Both the position numbers and the translations under genes were made by a program. The notes under the pieces are model-generated. The model made no database searches. It was not told the DNA's origin and saw only the letters and a list, made by a program, of their open reading frames with translations. 64,000 nt of DNA from a virus. Shown here piece by piece: positions 36,226-45,706 of the stretch; positions within the stretch are counted from its first letter, which is position 1; every line of letters starts with the position of its first letter. The stretch is taken from positions 1 to 64,000 of IMG/VR virus record IMGVR_UViG_3300047673_000158. The stretch is one strand, 5' to 3'.

Positions 36226-36800
36226 ACGGCACGCAGTGGATAGGAATAAGTGAAATCGGCTTTGATCGTATCGAAGCCTTCTTGTCGGCAACGCCTAAGC
36301 AGGTGGACCAGGCCATTGCATCAACGTGCGTAAAAATGGCGCGGTGGCTAACCACAAAGTCTGTCCGCGAACTGGCGAGGCATCTGAATTTGCCGCAGAA
36401 GGAGGTACGCCGCCGCCTGCGCACGTTCCGCATGCATGCGGTGGACAAGCGCCGCTATATACGCGTGTGGTACGGGCTGGACCCTATCGGTGCGATCCAC
36501 CTTGGTGCAAAGGATCAAAGGGCGCCTGGCGGCGGGGTGGCAGCCTACGGCGGGCGTTTTTTTAAGGGCGCCTTTATCGCCAAGGGCCGGGCAGGCAACG
36601 GCAACGCGTCGGAGTCAAACCGGCAAGTGTTCGAACGCGTGGGACGCGCCCGGCTGAAAATCAAAAAAGTTACGGTGGCGCTATCCGACCCGGCGCAAAC
36701 CTACATTGAAGACCACCTGCTAGGCGGCCACGCCTTCACAGACCAGTTTTACAAAACATTCGAACATGAACTGACATGGCGACAGCAACGCTCCCAATAG
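36222..36800 (+). CDS. Minor tail/neck protein (lambda gpZ-like)
   Basis: Basic; FFKGAFIA...VFERVGRARL motif; position. Confidence 0.72.
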   Translation: MNGTQWIGISEIGFDRIEAFLSATPKQVDQAIASTCVKMARWLTTKSVRELARHLNLPQKEVRRRLRTFRMHAVDKRRYIRVWYGLDPIGAIHLGAKDQRAPGGGVAAYGGRFFKGAFIAKGRAGNGNASESNRQVFERVGRARLKIKKVTVALSDPAQTYIEDHLLGGHAFTDQFYKTFEHELTWRQQRSQ

Positions 36801-37342
36801 TCCAGATTTCTGGCGTTAAAGCCGCCATCGTGGCTGCGATCCAGGCGACATTCCCCGATTTTAAAGCGGTGGTATTTGACCGCGAGGAAACCGACCGCGA
36901 GGCGCTGGAAGCCGACGAACTGCCGGGCATCCTGCTGGACATTACCGAATTCGAAGAGGAACCCGATTGCGACCGCTCAAACGGGCTTGTCCCGATGCGT
37001 GGCCGCTTCGAAGCGCGCGTGGTGGTCGGATTCAAGACGACGCAGGCGAAGACCGCAGCGCAGGCCGCAGCCATGACCCTGGCCGCATGGCTGCGCCTGA
37101 AACGGTTCAATTCAGATTCGTGCTGGACTGAAGCGGCGCACGTGATTGGCGCATATCGCGACGAGTTCCACCCGATGGCCGACCGCTATGTGGTGTGGCG
37201 TGTCGAGTGGGCGCAGGTAATCCAGTTCGGCACGGACATTTACGCAGAAGGCGACCTGCCGACGCCGAACCCGTCTTACAGCTTTGCGCCGGATATTGGC
37301 ACGGGCCACGAAGCTGATTACACGCCGCTGGTGCCGCAATGA
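36776..37342 (+). CDS. Putative tail terminator/completion protein
   Basis: DEF.P..DRYVVWRVEW.Q motif; position before spike. Confidence 0.65.
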   Translation: MATATLPIVQISGVKAAIVAAIQATFPDFKAVVFDREETDREALEADELPGILLDITEFEEEPDCDRSNGLVPMRGRFEARVVVGFKTTQAKTAAQAAAMTLAAWLRLKRFNSDSCWTEAAHVIGAYRDEFHPMADRYVVWRVEWAQVIQFGTDIYAEGDLPTPNPSYSFAPDIGTGHEADYTPLVPQ

Positions 37343-38010
37343 GCGCCCAGGACATTGGCGAACTGCAACGGCAGATTTCGCAGCTAATCCGCATTGGCAC
37401 GGTGGTATCCGTTACCGGCGACATGGCCACGGTGGAAATTGGCGGGGTGGAGTCGGACCCGATGCAGTGGGCGGTGCAGCGCGCCGGGCCAGATGCCGAA
37501 TGGTGGGCGCCGGAACCGGGCGAACAGGTGGTGATCCTGACGCCTTACGGCGACGTGGCGCAGGCCATCATTCTGTTTTCGCTGTATCAGGACCTGTACG
37601 CGGCGCCCGCGAACGATCCGAACGTGCATCGGGTTTCGTACAAAGACGGAACCGTGATCCAGCACGACCGCAGCGCGAAGGCTTACAGCGTCAACGTGCC
37701 TGCTGGCGGCAGCATTTCGCTGACCGTGGGCAGCACGTCGCTGGTTCTGGTGGACGGCAAGGCGACGCTTACCGCGCAGCAGTTCGAACACGTAGGCGAA
37801 CAGGCGACATTCGACGGCGCGGCCACCATCAAAAAGCTGCTGTCGTGGCTGTCCGGGGTATCCGGTGCGGCTGGCGCGAGCGGCGGAACGAACGCGATTA
37901 ACGGCGGCGTAAATGTCGTCAATGGCGACGTGGTGGTGGATGGCATCGGAGTTAAGTCTCACCACCACAACGAACACGACGGCCCGCCGACAAGCGACGC
38001 GCAAGCCTAA
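37339..38010 (+). CDS. Baseplate spike (P2 gpV-like)
   Basis: LIRIGTV, WWAPEPGEQV, terminal HHH metal-binding motif. Confidence 0.92.
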   Translation: MSAQDIGELQRQISQLIRIGTVVSVTGDMATVEIGGVESDPMQWAVQRAGPDAEWWAPEPGEQVVILTPYGDVAQAIILFSLYQDLYAAPANDPNVHRVSYKDGTVIQHDRSAKAYSVNVPAGGSISLTVGSTSLVLVDGKATLTAQQFEHVGEQATFDGAATIKKLLSWLSGVSGAAGASGGTNAINGGVNVVNGDVVVDGIGVKSHHHNEHDGPPTSDAQA

Positions 38011-38048
38011 ACCCCGCCGTGGAACGGGACACTGGCCACGGCCAGAAT
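38010..38048 (+). promoter_or_regulatory. Putative late promoter for baseplate W/J/I/fibre genes
   Basis: AACCCCGCCGTGG-20bp-CAGAAT in intergenic gap. Confidence 0.68.
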
Positions 38049-38055
38049 CCCGTTC

Positions 38056-38394
38056 ATGAACGGAACCGACGCGACCACTGGAAAGCCGCTTTCAGGCGTT
38101 GAACACCTGCGGCAATCCATAACCGACATTCTCACGACGCCAATAGGCAGCCGTGTGATGCGTCGCGACTACGGCAGCAAGCTGTTCAGCCTGGTTGATG
38201 CCCCAATGAATCTTTACACCGTGTCGCGCGTCTATGCCGCCACGGCGGCCGCGATTCGCAAGTGGGAGCCGCGCTTTAAGGTTACTCGCGTAAGCCTTTC
38301 CAGCGCCGAACCGGGCGCAATCGCGCTGGACATTTCCGGCAATTACCTGCCTGACGGGCAGCCCGTAAAAATCGACGGCATAAAGGTTTCGTAA
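38056..38394 (+). CDS. Baseplate wedge protein (P2 gpW/gp25-like)
   Basis: HLRQSITDILTTPIGSRVMRRDYGS, WEPR. Confidence 0.95.
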   Translation: MNGTDATTGKPLSGVEHLRQSITDILTTPIGSRVMRRDYGSKLFSLVDAPMNLYTVSRVYAATAAAIRKWEPRFKVTRVSLSSAEPGAIALDISGNYLPDGQPVKIDGIKVS

Positions 38395-39317
38395 TGTCCA
38401 ACGCCTACACAGCGGTGGACCTGTCCACACTCGCCCCGCCGCAGGTTATCGAAGCACTGGATTTCGATACGATTTTCGCGGACATGCTGGCCGATCTGAT
38501 CGCGCGCAGCGCTAACGACCCATACCCGTTTACCGCGCTTGTCGAGTCGGACCCGGCTTACAAGGCATTGCAGGTTTGCGCCTATCGCGAAGTGCTGCTA
38601 CGCCAGCGCATCAACGAAGCCGCCCAAGCGCTAATGCTCGCGTATGCGCAGAAAAGCGACCTGGACCAAATCGGCGCCGGGCTGGACGTGCCGCGCCTTG
38701 TCATTACGCCCGCCGACGATACTACGGTGCCGCCCACGGCTGCCGTAATGGAAAGCGACGCCGCATATAAAGCCCGCATCCAGCAGTCTTTCGAAGGCTT
38801 CAGCAGCGCCGGGCCGGTGGGCGCCTATCAGTTTTACGCGCTGTCGGCGGATGGCCAGGTGCGCGACGTAAGCGTTACGTCGCCAACGCCTGGGACCGTG
38901 CTGGTAACGATCCTGTCCGCGAATGGCGACGGCGGCGCAGACAGCGACCCGGACGGCACGCTACTGGCGGCCGTCACTGCCGCACTGACGGCGGAAAACG
39001 TGCGCCCGCTGTGCGACACGGTACAGGTGCAGTTCGCGCAAATCCTGCCCTACACGGTGAACGCCACGCTTGAGATTTACGCGAGCGTGGACCAGGCGGC
39101 CGTGCTTGCCATGGCAAACGCAACGATTGCGGAATACACGCTGGCCTGCTGGAAATGCGGCGCCGCGCCGACGTTGGCGGGCGTGTATGCGGCGCTGTTT
39201 GTTACGGGCGTTCAGAACGTGATTCTTCACGCGCCGGGCATCCAGGCCGACATGGTGGCCACGAAGACGCAGGCGGCGTTTTGTACGGGAATCACCATTA
39301 ACGGGGTGGTGGCGTGA
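38394..39317 (+). CDS. Baseplate protein J (P2 gpJ-like)
   Basis: DLSTLAPP.VIEALDF, LVESDP, SSAGPVGAY, VRPLCD. Confidence 0.95.
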   Translation: MSNAYTAVDLSTLAPPQVIEALDFDTIFADMLADLIARSANDPYPFTALVESDPAYKALQVCAYREVLLRQRINEAAQALMLAYAQKSDLDQIGAGLDVPRLVITPADDTTVPPTAAVMESDAAYKARIQQSFEGFSSAGPVGAYQFYALSADGQVRDVSVTSPTPGTVLVTILSANGDGGADSDPDGTLLAAVTAALTAENVRPLCDTVQVQFAQILPYTVNATLEIYASVDQAAVLAMANATIAEYTLACWKCGAAPTLAGVYAALFVTGVQNVILHAPGIQADMVATKTQAAFCTGITINGVVA

Positions 39318-39901
39318 CGGACGCGGTGCAGGAAGACAGCCTGCTGCCCGTCAACGCGACACAGGCAGAGCGGAACCTGGCGCTGGCCGCTTCGCGCGTA
39401 AGCGCCGTTCCGGTGCCCATGCGTTCGCTTTATAACCCGGCAACGTGCCCGGCCGTTGCGCTGCCATGGCTCGCGTGGGCGTGGTCGGTTAGCGAGTGGG
39501 ATAGCAACTGGCCCGAAGCCACGAAACGCGCCGTGATCGCGGCCAGTGTGGCAGTCCACAAAATCAAAGGCACGCCAGCATCCATAAAGGCAGCGCTAGC
39601 CGCTGCTGGCTATCCGGGCGCTGAAGTAATCGAGGGCGCAGGTAGCTGGTATCTGGACGGCTCGCGAATGCTCAATGGCGCCGACTTCCTGGGCGACAGC
39701 GACGGCACGAAGTGGGCCTGGTATCGCGTGCGGCTTGCCCAGCCGATTGCAAACAGTCAGGTGGCGCAGGTGAAACGGATTCTGGCTAACACCGCGCCAG
39801 CGCGCTGCTACCTGGAAGCGCTGGATTTCACCGCCGCCGCATTCATTCTGGACGGCAGCGTAAAGCTGGACGGGACATATAACCTTGGAACAGTGATTTA
39901 A
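39314..39901 (+). CDS. Tail protein I (P2 gpI-like)
   Basis: LLPVNAT, CP...LPWLAWAWSV..W, HKIKGT. Confidence 0.93.
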   Translation: MTDAVQEDSLLPVNATQAERNLALAASRVSAVPVPMRSLYNPATCPAVALPWLAWAWSVSEWDSNWPEATKRAVIAASVAVHKIKGTPASIKAALAAAGYPGAEVIEGAGSWYLDGSRMLNGADFLGDSDGTKWAWYRVRLAQPIANSQVAQVKRILANTAPARCYLEALDFTAAAFILDGSVKLDGTYNLGTVI

Positions 39902-41826
39902 TGGCCAATCTTACAGAAAACGACGCATACGATTCTGGCGTATATCAGTGGGAAACCACCGATTCGGCGCTGGGTGGCCCGCTGGGGGTAATGAACAAGC
40001 CCCTGCTGTCGCTGGTGAACCGTTCGCGTTACCTGCTGAACCGGCTTCTGGACGGAGCGCTGGGCTTCATGGCCGACACGGGCGCGAAAAACGCCATTGC
40101 CACAACGCTGGCCCAGCCAATGCCGGGCCTGGTTGACGGGGTGAAAGTCACTTTCAGGACGAAAGTAACGAACGACGGCGCGGTAACGCTTGCGCTGACG
40201 AACGCGACAGGTGGCCCGACGCTGGCCACGCTTCCCGTGTACGGCAGCGACCAGGCGGCGCTTATCGGCGGCGAACTGCCAGCCGGTTCCGTCGTGAATG
40301 TGCGGCTGAATACGGCGCTGAATGCGGCCAACGGCGGCGCCTGGGTTATCGAGTCGATTTCTGGCGGCTATGCCAACATTCCGACCGCGCCCACGGGCGA
40401 CATGACGAAGAAAGCCGCGAACATGGCGGCCATCTTTGCCGCGACGGACGGCTATCAGGTGGTGGACGTTTCGGGCAGCACGGACACGACGCTAACCCAG
40501 GCGCAGTATGGCGTGGCCATGCTGAAGCTAACCGGCGTGCTGGGCGCTTCGAAAAACCTGATTCTTCCGGCGCAGTCGGGCCAGTGGATTATCGACAACG
40601 AAGCCACGGGCAATTTCAACGTGACGGCGAAGGCTGCGGGCAGCAGCGGCAGCACGGTTATCCTGCCTGCCGGTTCGCCTGTGATCGTGTGCAGCGACGG
40701 CACCAACGTTAAGTTTGCGAGCGCTGGCGGCCAGTCCTACATGAAGGCTTACCCGTTCTCCGGGCTGGCCACGAACACGCTGACGATTACGGGCGGCTAT
40801 ACGCCCGGCGCAATCATTGTCGAGCGGAACGGCGCGCTTCAGGAACCCGGCACGGCCGCGAATCCTGACTACACGGCAACGGACGGCGCAACGATTGTAT
40901 TTAACACGGCGCTGACTTCTGACGAGTACGTGACCGTGTACACGTTCGCCACGTTCAGCGTGGCCAACGCGGTGCAGAAATCCGGCGACACCATGGGCGG
41001 GCCGCTGGCGTTGTATGCGGGATCGACGGTAAGCACGCCTGCTGCGCTGGACAATAGCGCGGCCGTGGCCAATACCGCAGCAATGAATCGCGTGGGCGGC
41101 GTAGTTGGTTCGGTTCGGAATGGCCGCATGGTGGTTGGCGCTGTCAGTTCAACGGCAACCTATACCGCAGACGAAGTGGTGCTGGAAACCGCGCTGGGTG
41201 GTGCGCCGTTCCGCGCGTCGGCAGTCAACCAGGCAATCAACCTGGCAACGACGGGCGCAGGCGGCATTTCCGGTTCGCTGACGGCTTCTGGATTCGCGGC
41301 CACGTATCTGATTTACGGGCCTGTCACTGGCCTGTCGAACATTACGATTGACGCCACCAGCACGGTTGCGCCTGAAGTGTGCCCGGCCGGGAACATTCCG
41401 AGCGGCTACACGGCCAGCGCGCTGGTGAGCGTGTGGCCGCTGAACGCGAGCAAGCAATTTATTGTCGGCTCGCTGATTGATAGGACGGTTAATTTTGCGC
41501 AGACCACTGGCTATTCGGGTTCTGGCGCAATTTCCATTGTCGCTGCGCCAATCGCGTGCGTGCCGAAAAACGCCAAGTTCGGCAGTGGGTCGCTGTCCAT
41601 TACGGTTACAAACAGCGGAATTTCGACGTTCAATGCATTTACGCAAACGGCCGTTGGCGCTTCCACGGCGGTGGTTTCGATAAACACGCCGAATGCGGGC
41701 GGCGGCGGAATGACAATCAATTTTTCGCGTCTTCCGTTCCTCACGCAGCAAACGTGGTATGTGGCGACGACACAAGGCGCGACCATTTCGAACGTTACCC
41801 TTTCACTTGTCGGCTACGAATTCTAA
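39901..41826 (+). CDS. Tail fibre protein
   Basis: MANLTE...YQWETTD...GG...N N-terminus; Gly/Thr/Ala-rich modules; KSGDTMGG motif. Confidence 0.85.
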   Translation: MANLTENDAYDSGVYQWETTDSALGGPLGVMNKPLLSLVNRSRYLLNRLLDGALGFMADTGAKNAIATTLAQPMPGLVDGVKVTFRTKVTNDGAVTLALTNATGGPTLATLPVYGSDQAALIGGELPAGSVVNVRLNTALNAANGGAWVIESISGGYANIPTAPTGDMTKKAANMAAIFAATDGYQVVDVSGSTDTTLTQAQYGVAMLKLTGVLGASKNLILPAQSGQWIIDNEATGNFNVTAKAAGSSGSTVILPAGSPVIVCSDGTNVKFASAGGQSYMKAYPFSGLATNTLTITGGYTPGAIIVERNGALQEPGTAANPDYTATDGATIVFNTALTSDEYVTVYTFATFSVANAVQKSGDTMGGPLALYAGSTVSTPAALDNSAAVANTAAMNRVGGVVGSVRNGRMVVGAVSSTATYTADEVVLETALGGAPFRASAVNQAINLATTGAGGISGSLTASGFAATYLIYGPVTGLSNITIDATSTVAPEVCPAGNIPSGYTASALVSVWPLNASKQFIVGSLIDRTVNFAQTTGYSGSGAISIVAAPIACVPKNAKFGSGSLSITVTNSGISTFNAFTQTAVGASTAVVSINTPNAGGGGMTINFSRLPFLTQQTWYVATTQGATISNVTLSLVGYEF

Positions 41827-41841
41827 AGGCGAACACACATC

Positions 41842-42366
41842 ATGAGTCTTGCGGCCAATCTGGCGAAACTTGGAAAGCTGCTGCTGGCGCAAGCCAGCGG
41901 CGTTATCAACGGCCCGACGCCGAACGCGGGCGACAACAGCCAGGCAGTGATTAACAGCGCCTGGTTCAAGGCCGAACAGGCGACGGAAACGGCGCAGGGT
42001 ACGGCGAAGGTGGCCACGCAGGCAATCACGAACGCAGGCACGGACGACGCCACGATTGTGACGCCGAAAAAGCTGCGGGCGGGGTTTGCTATCAGCCTGG
42101 GCACCAATGGTTACATTACATTCCCCACTTGGCTGGGTGGCCTGATTATTCAGTGGGGGACAATTTCCGCGTCTACTGGTTGGGCGTGGACATATCCGAT
42201 TGCGTTTCCGACGCAGTGCGCGGGCGCATATGCGACGAACGGGGACACTGGAGCAACGTTTGTGGCGTTATATAGCGCTACAAAAACATCCGTATTCGGC
42301 AATCGCTGGAATACTTCGGGGCAGGGCGCGAGCGGGTCAACCACAATTTTAGTTATCGGGTACTGA
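41842..42366 (+). CDS. Second short tail fibre/tip protein (gp53-like domain)
   Basis: ATETAQGTAKVATQA...AGTDDATIVTPKKL; NGYITFP...GLIIQWG...YPIAFP...IGY. Confidence 0.82.
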   Translation: MSLAANLAKLGKLLLAQASGVINGPTPNAGDNSQAVINSAWFKAEQATETAQGTAKVATQAITNAGTDDATIVTPKKLRAGFAISLGTNGYITFPTWLGGLIIQWGTISASTGWAWTYPIAFPTQCAGAYATNGDTGATFVALYSATKTSVFGNRWNTSGQGASGSTTILVIGY

Positions 42367-42370
42367 GAAC

Positions 42371-42946
42371 ATGGGCCAAAAACGCGCGGCATATGACGAC
42401 GCCGGAACAATCACGGCGTTCTATGACGATTCAATCAGCCCCGCGCCGCAAGGCGTGGCCACTATTCCGCTAACGACCGACCAGTGGCAAGCGTGCCTGT
42501 CGAGCCAGGGCGGCTATATCGTGCAGAATGGCGCGCTGGTGAATGCGCCGACAGCCACGGCGGCCGAATTGCTGGCAGCCGCGAAAGCCGCCAAGGTGGC
42601 CGAACTGACGGCGGTATGCAGGGCGGCAATTCTCGCTGGCTTCATGTCCAGCGCGCTGGGCACGCCGTACAGTTATCCGGCGAAAGACACGGACCAGCAG
42701 AACCTTAACGCGTCCGTGGTGGCGTCGCTGCTGCCGGGCCTGGCTGACGATTGGGCGACGCCATTCTGGTGCGCCGACGCGCAGGGCGTGTGGGCATTCC
42801 GCATGCACACCGTGGCGCAAATCCAGCAGGTTGGCAAAGACGGCAAGGCCGCGATTGTGGCCGCCATGGTGAAAAACCAGGCGCTGGCCGACCAGGTGGC
42901 AGCCGCCACCACCGTGGCCGACGTTGAAGCCATCGCCTGGGCCTGA
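42371..42946 (+). CDS. Tail fibre assembly/DUF4376-like protein
   Basis: GFMSSALGTPYSYP...DQQNL...HTVAQIQQVG...VEAIAW. Confidence 0.75.
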   Translation: MGQKRAAYDDAGTITAFYDDSISPAPQGVATIPLTTDQWQACLSSQGGYIVQNGALVNAPTATAAELLAAAKAAKVAELTAVCRAAILAGFMSSALGTPYSYPAKDTDQQNLNASVVASLLPGLADDWATPFWCADAQGVWAFRMHTVAQIQQVGKDGKAAIVAAMVKNQALADQVAAATTVADVEAIAWA

Positions 42947-42948
42947 CC

Positions 42949-43248
42949 ATGAAAGCGCGTGCAAAACTGGTTTTGCTGTGGGCCATGTGCGCCGCGTTTT
43001 CCGGCGTGCTGCTGCTGGCCATGCTAGTGCAGGCGCTTTTCGGTTCCGAAGCGCGAGCGCTGAATATGGCAATCGCCTATGACGAGTGCGCCAACGCGCT
43101 TTTCGGGGACGACCCGAAGGTGACGATTTCGGAACGCACGGGCAATGCGCTGATCGCGGGCAAGCGCTGGGCGAAGTTGGCGGCGCCGTGCATTGATTTC
43201 ATTTTCGGGCCTGGCCACTGCCTGGCGCGCGCCACCACACCACACTGA
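42949..43248 (+). CDS. Conserved phage membrane-associated hypothetical protein
   Basis: N-terminal TM; D...NALFG.DP..TIS.R.G...WA...ID.IF..GHC. Confidence 0.7.
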   Translation: MKARAKLVLLWAMCAAFSGVLLLAMLVQALFGSEARALNMAIAYDECANALFGDDPKVTISERTGNALIAGKRWAKLAAPCIDFIFGPGHCLARATTPH

Positions 43249-43273
43249 AAGCGACTTTCAAGCGGCAGCCATT

Positions 43274-43298
43274 GGCCACCTTCGGGTGGTCTTTTTTT
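43274..43298 (+). terminator. Intrinsic terminator
   Basis: GGCCACC-TTCG-GGTGGTC followed by T7. Confidence 0.85.
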
Positions 43299-43304
43299 GC
43301 CCAA

Positions 43305-43343
43305 AACCCCGCCGTGGAACGGTTAGCCGCCCAGCGCGATGAT
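43305..43343 (+). promoter_or_regulatory. Putative late promoter for sheath/tube operon
   Basis: AACCCCGCCGTGG-20bp-GATGAT between terminator and sheath gene. Confidence 0.7.
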
Positions 43344-43372
43344 TGCGGCAATATTAAGGGGTGGCCCATTAC

Positions 43373-44824
43373 ATGAGCACAGACTTTCTCCACGGCGTAG
43401 AAGTCCTGGAAATCAACGACGGTTCGCGGACCATTAGCATTGCGTCCAGTTCGGTTATTGGCATTATCGGCACCGCGCCGAATGCCGACCCGGCCGCATT
43501 CCCGCTTAACACGCCCGTGCTGGTGGCTGGCTCGCGTGTGGAGGCGGCCAAGCTGGTGGCGCTGACGACTTCGGCGGATAACGGCACGCTGCCGGATGCA
43601 ATCGACAGCATTTTCGACCAGTCCAAGGCGGTTTTGATCGTGGTCCGCGTGGATGCCGACGAAGACCCGGCCGCGCAGCTTGCCAATCTGATTGGCGGCG
43701 TTGACGCGAACGGCAATTACCTTGGCGTCCAGGCTTTCGTGGGCGCCGAACACGTGACGGGCTACAAGCCGCGCATTCTGCTGGCGCCGGGCTTCACGCA
43801 CCAGCGCGTGGCCAACGGCGTTTCCACGCTGGCAATCAACAACGCGGGCGCTGGCTACACAGACGGCACTTACGCACTGACGGCCACGGGCGGCGGTGGC
43901 GGCACGGGCGCAGCGGCCACGGCAACGGTGGCAGGCGGCAAGGTTACGGCTGTTGCCATCGCGAAAAACGGCGGCGGATATACGGCCGTACCGACGTTCG
44001 CACTTCCCGCTGGCGCAGGCGCTGGCACGACCCAGGCCACCTTCACGGCGACCACGGGCACGGTGGCAAACGCGGTGGTGGCGGAAATGCTTGGCATTGC
44101 CGAATCGCTGCGCGCCGTGATTATCGCGGACGCGCCCAGCACGAACGACGTGGACGCCATCGCATACGCGGGCGATTTCGACAGCCGCCGCGTGTACCTG
44201 GTTGAACCCCAGGTGACGAAGACCGACAGCAGCGGCAACAACGTAACCGCCTTCACCAGCGCGCACACGGCTGGCCTGATTGCGAAGTCGGACAACGAAC
44301 GCGGCTTCTGGTGGTCCCCGTCGAACCAGGCCATTAACGGCGTGACGGGCACCGCTCGCGTGATCGACTTCACCATGGGCGACACGACCTGTCGCGCCAA
44401 TCTGCTGAACGCGAAAAACGTCAACGTCGTGATTCGCCAGAACGGTTATCGGCTGTGGGGCAATCGAACGCTGTCGAGCGATGCCAAATGGAAGTTCCTC
44501 TGCGTGGTCCGCACGTCGGACATTATCGCGGACAGCCTGATGGCGGCGCACCTGTGGGCGGTTGACCAGGGCATTACAAAAAACTACGTCAGCGACGTGG
44601 TGGAAGGCGTGAACGCGTTCCTGCGCAACCTGACGGCGCGCGGCGCGATCCTGGGCGGCCAGTGCTGGGCAGACCCGGACCTGAACACGCCGGATCAAAT
44701 CGCGGCCGGTGCAATCGCGTTCGATTTCGATTTCACGCCGGTTTATCCGTCCGAGCGCGTGACGTTCCGCGAACACCTGGTGAATGACTATATCGCCAGC
44801 ATTTTTTCGACTAGCGCGAGCTAA
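43373..44824 (+). CDS. Tail sheath protein (copy 2)
   Basis: Near-identical to 36-1487. Confidence 0.95.
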   Translation: MSTDFLHGVEVLEINDGSRTISIASSSVIGIIGTAPNADPAAFPLNTPVLVAGSRVEAAKLVALTTSADNGTLPDAIDSIFDQSKAVLIVVRVDADEDPAAQLANLIGGVDANGNYLGVQAFVGAEHVTGYKPRILLAPGFTHQRVANGVSTLAINNAGAGYTDGTYALTATGGGGGTGAAATATVAGGKVTAVAIAKNGGGYTAVPTFALPAGAGAGTTQATFTATTGTVANAVVAEMLGIAESLRAVIIADAPSTNDVDAIAYAGDFDSRRVYLVEPQVTKTDSSGNNVTAFTSAHTAGLIAKSDNERGFWWSPSNQAINGVTGTARVIDFTMGDTTCRANLLNAKNVNVVIRQNGYRLWGNRTLSSDAKWKFLCVVRTSDIIADSLMAAHLWAVDQGITKNYVSDVVEGVNAFLRNLTARGAILGGQCWADPDLNTPDQIAAGAIAFDFDFTPVYPSERVTFREHLVNDYIASIFSTSAS

Positions 44825-44829
44825 AGCCC

Positions 44830-45336
44830 ATGCCGATCCAGAATATCCGCAAGTATTTCAACGTCTTTTATAACGGGCTTGGAAAGGCTGGCAAGTGCGA
44901 GGAATTCAACCCGCCGAAGCTGGCCGCCAAGCTGGAAGACTTCCTGGGCGGCGGCATGTTCGCGCCCGCCGAAATCACGATGGGGCTAGAAAAGCTCGAA
45001 TCGGATTTCACGCTGAAGTCCTACGATAAAGACGTTATCGCAACTTTTGGCGTGACCGAAGGAACGGACATTACCGTGTCCCTTCGCGAAGTGCTGGAAG
45101 ACGACGACGGCACGCAAACCGGCGTGGTCCACACCCTGCGCGGCAAGGTGAAGGAAATCGACCAGGGTTCCGTGCAGACCGGCACGGCCGCCAAGCTGAA
45201 AACCACGCTTACCCTGAAGTATTACAAGCTGGAACACGGCGGCACCACGGTGCTGGAAATCGACGTTGTGAACATGGTTTTCAAGCGCAACGGCGTGGAC
45301 GCACTGGCCAACGTGCGCAGCCTGCTGGGCATCTAA
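44830..45336 (+). CDS. Tail tube protein (copy 2)
   Basis: Near-identical to 1493-1999. Confidence 0.93.
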   Translation: MPIQNIRKYFNVFYNGLGKAGKCEEFNPPKLAAKLEDFLGGGMFAPAEITMGLEKLESDFTLKSYDKDVIATFGVTEGTDITVSLREVLEDDDGTQTGVVHTLRGKVKEIDQGSVQTGTAAKLKTTLTLKYYKLEHGGTTVLEIDVVNMVFKRNGVDALANVRSLLGI

Positions 45337-45400
45337 AGACAGCGCAGGGCTGGTGCAACGCCAGCCCTGAAAGCGACTTTCATAAAAACAGGAATCATCC

Positions 45401-45706
45401 ATGGCAACCCGCAAGCAAACCGAAGAAAAGAAAACGCCCGAAGACTTCGTGGAATATATCGAAGGCTTCGCAGATATTACGCTGTCGCGCCCGCTGGACG
45501 TTGCAGGCGTTCCGGTGAAAAAACTCCGCATGCGCGAGCCGACCGTCCGAGACCAGCTTGTGTATGACAAGCTGAAGGGAAGCGACATTGAGCGCGAAGT
45601 AACCATTTTCGCCAATCTGTGCGAAATGGACGAAAAGCAGATGCAAAGCCTTTCCGTTCGCGACTACCGGCGCGTGTCGGCGGCCTATTCGGGTTTTCTG
45701 GACTAG
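45401..45706 (+). CDS. Tail assembly chaperone gpE-like (copy 2); GGGTTTT slippery site at 45691-45697, E' frame ends at 45849
   Basis: Homologue of 2063-2362. Confidence 0.88.
   Translation: MATRKQTEEKKTPEDFVEYIEGFADITLSRPLDVAGVPVKKLRMREPTVRDQLVYDKLKGSDIEREVTIFANLCEMDEKQMQSLSVRDYRRVSAAYSGFLD

Larger units (their letters stand above)
1..43337. mobile_element. Complete (circularly permuted) genome unit of a phage with a lambda-like head and P2-like contractile tail
   Basis: Full set of packaging, head, tail, lysis and replication genes; the sequence at position 1 (GATGATTGCGGCAATATTAAGGGG) recurs at 43338; no host genes. Confidence 0.93.

Noticed and set aside
39901-42946. Diversity-generating retroelement or invertible tail-fibre switch
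   Set aside because: No reverse transcriptase, template/variable repeat pair or invertase seen; two fibre-like genes are simply in tandem
1-43337. Integrase, protelomerase, ParA or CI repressor implying a temperate or plasmid lifestyle
   Set aside because: No tyrosine or serine recombinase motif, ParA-type deviant Walker A or S24 peptidase-HTH recognised in any ORF; lifestyle left undetermined
43338-43360. Position 43338 as the physical junction or att site
   Set aside because: It is only where the arbitrary window start recurs; the sequence runs seamlessly through an intact terminator and late promoter
43199-44776. Long antisense ORFs (e.g. 43199-44776, 3479-4690, 9092-10363, 57422-58639)
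   Set aside because: Shadow ORFs of GC-rich coding genes; lengths and ends are not conserved between the two copies
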